NCBI RefSeq assembly: GCF_009914755.1
Contig: NC_060932.1
Length of the DNA stretch: 64,000 nt
DNA from: the human T2T-CHM13v2.0 reference genome, Homo sapiens
Direction: 5' to 3' (one strand)
Shown here: positions 56,063-64,000 of the stretch, in pieces
Numbering within the stretch: position 1 is the first letter of the stretch
Layout: each line of letters starts with the position of its first letter
Notes under the pieces: generated by a model
The model's input: the letters and a program-made list of their open reading frames with translations, nothing else
Told to the model about the DNA's origin: nothing
Database searches by the model: none
Program-made: the position numbers and the translations under genes

Positions 56063-58535
56063 GAATGTTTTACTTGCCTCATGATAAGGACTCAATATTG
56101 GAATATTTGGGGCTTTGAAGGTCAAATCTTGAATACCTATAAAGCACTCTTAAAACACGCTTAGCTAGAAGTTGACTAGTTTTCTTGTCCATTTTACTGC
56201 CCAGCCTACACTGTGGTTGCTGAGTCTTCAGTCCTTTCTGAGTTACAAATGAAGAAACTAGCTGGGGTGCAGAGAAATGACACTTAAAGTGAGAACAGCT
56301 CCTGTATAAACAATAGATCTAGAAGGACCTTCGAACATGAACAAAACACCACCAATAACACAAGTTTTATAAATAGATGTATGCGTCTTTTAAAAATCAC
56401 CTTTGTGAGGACAACACATTTGTTTTCTAAGAAAAGGATTAAATATAAATATGTAATAATATAAAAATGTAAATATATAAAAAGTCTGTTGGGAAACTTC
56501 CTATGCTGAGATCTAAAATGTTACTTATAAGGTGTACAGATATTTCATTGAAGAAGTAAAGTTTTAAAAACTTACTTGCTCTTTTTTTTTTTTTTTACTA
56601 TAAATTTAGAAGTTAAGGAGATGACATTCTAAAGACTTTTAGAATTACTGACAAAGAACTATGTCCCATATTTTTGTTTTGGAAAGTATTTTCAAATAAC
56701 CTTTGAAGTGGTGTTTATAAGATCACTATATTCCAGGCTTTGGAAATCATTTTCTCAGATCAAATACAAGCTTAAGATAACATTTAACTGTTCTCAGTAT
56801 GGGAATAAATTTGTTCATTTCTGACTTCTGTGTTGTGCTTTTATTAAATTACTGTCTAACTGGTTTCCATCCACTTTCCAGATTACCTTAATAGAAAATA
56901 ACATTACTGCCCCAGGTCATTTTTCCTCATATAAATGGATTAGATATATATTTTTTCTCATTGCTCCTTTAGGGAGATTTAATCTGGCAGCAGTATTTTC
57001 TGTGCTTTACCCTGGTTAAGCAGCGTGATATCCATTACCATTAGTGGACAAGGTATAGTTAGATGTTAATGAAATTATGTTATTCCATTTCGGAGGTGGA
57101 TTAAAATAATCCTTTTTCCTTGAAAATGGAAAACCTTTCTGCATGGTTAGCAGCTGTCATTCTAATTTATGATGCAATATGCAGAGTGGTAGGAAAGAAA
57201 AGAGTACTTCAGAAACAAAACAGAGTCCCAGAAGAAACCCCTGTCATTTATACACCTAGAAAAAGGCTCACTTTATGTTTGGCAAATGAACATATTGTGG
57301 AAGTCTGAAGTCAAGCCCTTTTCTCTGAGCACTATGAAATTAGAAATGGCAATCAGCATTTCGTGTCGTCTTTATTCTAAAGAGCTCCAAATTCATAAAC
57401 ATGTTACTGCGTCTTTGGCTTTTATTAATGAGACAGAACATCAGAGCATTTGCAAATGGTGCTGGGTTTGCTGGAAGCCCTCTATGCCCAAAGGTTGGAA
57501 TAAAGCCTATTATTCTAGTGGTCTTCTGTGCCCCTTCCAGACTAAGCTGCAGGATTAATGACTTAAAAAAATATTAGATTTAAAGAGTTAACTGCATGTT
57601 AAAAGTATTTTTTCTTACCTCAGTTTCTATTCTCTGTGTGTTAAAATTCCTCTCTCTTTACTCACTGTCTACTCATCATTTAATTCTTAATGCTTGTGTG
57701 GCCTCCCCAGGTAGAGGGAGCAAAGATGGCTATAGAAGAGAGGGGACAAATGGCAATAGAATGTAGCCATTGTGTGTGAAAACAACCTAAACTCAATTTA
57801 TCGAGGTCCTGGAGGGACCTATTTGGAAAGCCCCAAGCGAGCAGAATGAATGCAAAATTTTGCTTTTAATCCTAGTATTCTAAAATGGCACAGGGAAATC
57901 TTGTTTAATTTTACAGTTTTTTTGTTTGAGGCATTGAAAGAATAATGAAAATTAAACCAATACAAAAAGGACATTTTGTTTAAAATATTGAATGAATAAT
58001 GAAAAATAAACCTATAAAATGTGCATTGTGTAACTCTAAATATGCTAGTGTATGTATTTTCTGATTTTATCTTTTAAAGAGCCCTAGGCGTATATGGTGT
58101 CTGTACATTTAAGATAATCCGGTATTACAATTTTTTAACCTATTTACTAGAAAACTGGAGCTGAAAAAAATTAAACAAGCAGCTTTAAAAGCTGGTTTTT
58201 TAACCCTCTGTGCATACACATTCTTAGCATGGTTTCTTTCATCCTCACACCCATAATAAGACTGGAGCATCTCAAAAAATCACATCTGCATTAGGAAAGC
58301 TAAAGGCTTTCTAAAAGCTCCATCCAGAAGACCTGGCTTAGCTCCAACCACTTATGAAAGGGGAAAGAAGTTGCTAGAATTGGTTTACACTTTTCATGAG
58401 TCATCCCCTGGAGGAAGGGTACTGTTCATTTCTATCTCCAAGAATAAAGAATCTCTGCCACAGGTGTTGTGAGCAGGGAAGGAGGGAGGCTATTGTCAAA
58501 TCAGCAATAGCCAGTGTCGAGGTCTGTCACACTAG

Positions 58536-58627
58536 ATAGGAGTCCTTGCTTAGGATTCTTTCTGCTAAGAGGCGGATTTGTATAGGACTCCTTGCTTAGG
58601 ATTCTTTCTGCTCAGAGGCAGACTTGT
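58536..58627. repeat. 46-bp tandem duplication (2 copies)
   Basis: atagga(g/c)tccttgcttaggattctttctgct(a/c)agaggc(g/a)ga(t/c)ttgt twice. Confidence 0.95.
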
Positions 58628-58877
58628 TTTTTTCTTGCAGTAGTTTAATGCATAATCCTCCCAGAAAACCATAGCTTCCAGCTCCTGAAACAACGATAAT
58701 AATGGTATTTTTCTTTTCCTCTCGTTTGGAATAGGATCAGTGCATTCACAACAAGTACTTAAATTATGTGTAAAAAAAAAGATATAATATGTCATTTATA
58801 GTAGAAATCTATCAAATAGGTGGCAAACCAGGCAGTGAGTTTCTGCGGAAAATGCAGCTGTTTTAGAAGCAGTATTT

Positions 58878-59068
58878 AAATTTGAGTTCTGCCATTAAGT
58901 AGCTTTGTTAACTTGGGGGATTTAATCATCCTTTTAGAGACTCCGTTTACGTAAATAAAATAGGATTGCAACTCGCAGAATGCTGTGAACATTTAATGAG
59001 GTTATGTATAGAAAGTACTTATCACAATTTTTGGCACATACCAACAGCCTAATAAATGGTAGCAAGTA
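58878..59068 (+). mobile_element. MIR
   Basis: gagttctgccattaagtagctttgttaacttggg..ccgtttac..gtaaa..tgctgtgaacatttaatgag..tggcacata..ctaataaatggtagc. Confidence 0.75.
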
Positions 59069-59599
59069 TCATAATACAGGCCCTAATATATCCACTTTAT
59101 TCTAACAAAAACCTATGTTCTTACATGTTTCTAAGAGTGAAAGTGTTACACCTAGGAAATGCATGGATTTTTACAGATGAATCATCACTTACATGAGGTT
59201 AACAATCAGGTATATTACTAGGCTAACTGTACCCTGTACTTGTTTGCTACCAAAAGTACTATTTCAAAGCAACTGTCACATGCTCCTTCTTTGCAGGTTT
59301 ACTTACAAAGTATCACTGGATTAAGTGCTACAGAGATTTATCCTGCTCTGTAAAACAGAGCACAAATTTGGTAGAAAATCATAGCATGTGGTCATGACAT
59401 TGATAGAAAAGTAAACAGTTTCATTTTGAGTACTCTGGGATGTAACCTGCACCCTCATTTCACCCGGGACTGGAGAAAAGCTCAGGTGTTCCATGTTTAC
59501 ATCAGTAGCTTACTGGACTAAATTACCTTTTTTTTTTTTTTTTTTTCAGAAATATCTTTTTTTCTTATTTTTTCTTATTTTCTGTTTTCCTTTTAAAAT

Positions 59600-59795
59600 T
59601 TATTTATTTTTTTTTAATCATACTTCAAGTTCTAGGGTACATGTGCACAGCGTGCAGGTTTGTTACATAGGTATACATGAGCCACGCTGGCTTCCTGCAC
59701 CCATCAACTCATCATTTACATTAGGTATTTCTCCTAACGCTATCCCTCCCCCAGTCCCCCATCTCCTGACAGGCTTCCATGGGTGATGTTCCCCA
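59600..59795 (-). mobile_element. Very short L1PA 3' end
   Basis: atacttcaagttctagggtacatgtgcacagcgtgcaggtttgttacatagg ... gtgatgttcccc. Confidence 0.88.
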
Positions 59796-60457
59796 TATTT
59801 TTCCCAGATCCTGAAATTGTCTTTTTTTCCAATTAGATAAAATTCTAATTACGGGTTGGACATGAGATAACTGTATACATTTTGAAGTGTTTACTTAAAG
59901 GTGAAGTTAATTTTTATCTAGCTGTTAAGAAGAAAGTTAACAGTTAATTAGACCAGGTATTTTAAAGTTGATTTTTTACAGTTTTCCTTCACTTTTACAG
60001 TAATTTACAGGAAAAAGAGGAACTAACAAATTTTTCATCTAGTGCCTTAAGATAATAAATTATTGAAGACTTAAAAGCGTTTTAAGTACCACTTAAAATA
60101 ATGAAATTGGCTCTTTTTACCACTGTGTTGAACCATAATTTAATTCACTCTATTGATGACTAGTGGGAACGTTAATGCAAATAACTAATTTATTCTCCTA
60201 GACAGTCAAACACACTACAAAATACGTCCAACGCCAAACACAGCTTCCTCTGACAAAATGTATATTCATAGCTAAGTGTCTAACTTGAGTAGAGTTCACC
60301 AGAAGAATAAAAATTAAAAAGCCAAAATAATATGAAATAAATAATAGAGAACACATCTCCACTATTAAAAGTACTGCATAGAGATATAAAAGCAATCACT
60401 AATGAAAACAAATTTTAGAGAATTAAGCTACAAGACGCCTGTTGAAAAGGAGTGCCG

Positions 60458-61250
<793 letters not shown>

Positions 61251-62909
61251 AATCAGCCCTCTAAGCATAGTTCTAAACTGTTAGAATGACAGCTGAGAAG
61301 GAAGAATGGGAAGGTCAGCATATAGCAGGCAGTAGCAAAGTAGAGAAAATGTCGTCTACTTATGACCTGGAGTCTGGCGATGGTTTTTAAGGATGATTTC
61401 TCAGAAAAATACATATAATTATTCTACTTTCTGTTTCAGCTTAATATAATTGAGAGGTTGGCAACTTTTTAAATTAATGTGGGACATTATCTGTATTGAC
61501 CACAGAGAATCCAGGTCTGCAAGAAGGCACTGTGACTGACTTAATCAGTAGAAGCTGAGTAGAACACATTTTAGACAAATACATGAGGTAAACTTTATCA
61601 AATCAATACTGACAGTCAGAAAGAAGGAAATGATGGGTTTCTCCTTTCTGTCTTTTAGTAATAGTTAAACATTTCCCTTATCCATCAGTGGAAGGTATCT
61701 TTGTTGTTCTTCAGCTAATCAGTTTGAAGAGGAAGTAAACAAGAAAGGACAGTACATAGTGGAGATTTTTATTTCTGCAAATGTTAAGAACTGGTAAAGA
61801 GAAAAATCCCTCCCAATGTGAGGAAAAACAACATATATGATAAATAAAATAAAAATTTAAAAAGTTAAATGCAAAGCCGATTTCACACAAAAAAAGTAAG
61901 ACAAATCTCTAAGAGCTATAAAGCGGGTAATGTTTATAAGGCTAAAGGAGGGGGTGCCCTAGAGAAAAGAAATGGAACAGGACTTCTAAATACATACAGA
62001 AAACTGAAATAAGAAAACCCAACCAACAGCAAATATGCCAGGAAAGATAAAAGAGATCAGAGAAAAAACCTAGGCCAGAAGTAATGGTAGTATAAATAAA
62101 TCCAAAAATATCAACAATCTTCATAAATATAAATGGACTAAATTTGTTGGTTATGAGATAGAGATCGTTGAGTTGACTACAAAGGTCCATTACAAGCTCA
62201 AGATACATCTAGAACTCAAGGAAGACCGGTTAACAGTAAAAGGATAGTAATAAACCAAGAAAGTACTTAGAAATGAAAACTGGGATGACTGTGTTAGTGC
62301 ACAAAATGGACTTGAGTACAAAAAAATGGATATTAAAAGGGTTACCGAATAAGGATAAACAGTTTAACCTCCACAAGAAGAAGTAACAATTCTGAACTAG
62401 AATATATCTATCATATAACAAATGTTTATGAGCAAAAATCACTGGAACTCTAAGGACAAACTGAAAAATTTCCTCTTTATGAGAGCAGTTTTAAAATCCA
62501 TCACTCAGTAGTCAATAGACTACAGGTAAAAACTCATAAAGAAGATTTGAACAGCATAATTAATAAGTTTATCTTATCTAGGAAAGAAGGGCACAACCTC
62601 TTAAGCAATTTACCAGTAAAATATAATGATGTAACTGTATTTATTTATATAATATTGTTATTAAATAATGATAAAAACGGCACATTAAATATAGTAATAC
62701 CTAGAAAAATACATTTCCATAAAGTGCAAATATTAAAAAGGAAGTCTGAAAAGTAATGATTTACTTTAAATTAAAAATTTAAGCCAACAAGTTATGAGAA
62801 GAAACAAAATAGAACTGAAGACCACAGAGAAAAAGATAGTAGGAAAAAAAAGTGTGAAATATAATAAGAAAAAATAAGTGTGAAATTGATGAAATAAGAT
62901 ACAAAGTTA

Positions 62910-63258
62910 CATATATGTATATGTATATTATATATACATATTATATATAATATAGATATATATATCTTTATTATATATACATAGTATATATGATATAGAT
63001 TATTATATATTATATATAATTATATATAGTATATAATATTTATAATATATAATATATAATATATTATATAATATATTATATATAATAATATATAATATAA
63101 TATATAATATATAATATTATATATAATATAGATACATATAATATGTATATATATAATATAGATATATATCTATATTATATATAACATGTATATATAGATA
63201 TATATCTATATTATATATAATATGTATATATAATATATAATATATATATATATATATC
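62910..63258. repeat. AT-rich low-complexity repeat with internal palindromes
   Basis: Directly visible; perfect 36-bp palindrome at 63148-63183. Confidence 0.95.
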
Positions 63259-63594
63259 TTGACCAACAGATCTTAGCAAACTAAACTAAAATAAGAAACT
63301 TTCTTAACTTCTTAACCTAAGGCCTATTTAGTAAAACCTAATGCAAATATCATGCTTGATGATGAAATATTAAAATCACTTCATTTGAAATCATTTCAAC
63401 CCAGGATGTCTGCTACTATTGCTCCCATGTAGATTTTATTGAGGATCTTTGTAAGTAAAATACCAAAACAGGATATAAGAATAGATCATGGAAAAGAAGA
63501 AATGAACTTATCTGTCCACAGTATTTGTCAGAGAATCTGTAGACATATTACTAGAAATAAAAAGTTCATCAGATTTGTACAAAATCTAAAAATA

Positions 63595-63869
<275 letters not shown>

Positions 63870-64000
63870 TTAATTTACTATGCCCCAGTAAAAATATTTT
63901 GAAAGTATAAACTTCAAAATATACTATTCACAAGAGCAACAAAAATATAAAGTACCTAGGAATAAATCATAAGGTGCAGAGAAAGTATTTGAAAAAAAAG

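Overview
This is human genomic DNA (it carries an AluYb8, a human-specific subfamily), AT-rich and dominated by repeats. There is one credible protein-coding gene: an intronless 319-aa ORF at 7493-8452 (+) that I recognise as C8orf48. From memory this places the window at 8p22, inside or next to the far-upstream part of DLC1 on the - strand. The gene has a CpG-rich promoter and an AATAAA at 8763. The most notable non-obvious elements are: (i) an ancient, heavily decayed processed pseudogene of NFYC (~24.3-25.2 kb, -); (ii) a nested class III (ERVL-type) retroviral relic at 15.7-21.7 kb with recognisable gag, protease, RT and RNase H remnants and three LTR segments; (iii) two upstream ORFs in frame with C8orf48, separated from it only by single TGA codons; (iv) an old ~200-bp local duplication with an unusually well preserved 34-bp core; (v) a young AluYb8 inserted head-to-head 24 bp from an older Alu; and (vi) an LTR13 solo LTR nested in an L1. 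The rest is Alu, L1, L2, MIR, MaLR, Tigger/MER DNA transposon fossils and simple repeats. I see no evidence for a new multi-gene system. Repeat subfamily names come from recalled consensus sequences, and many boundaries are approximate.
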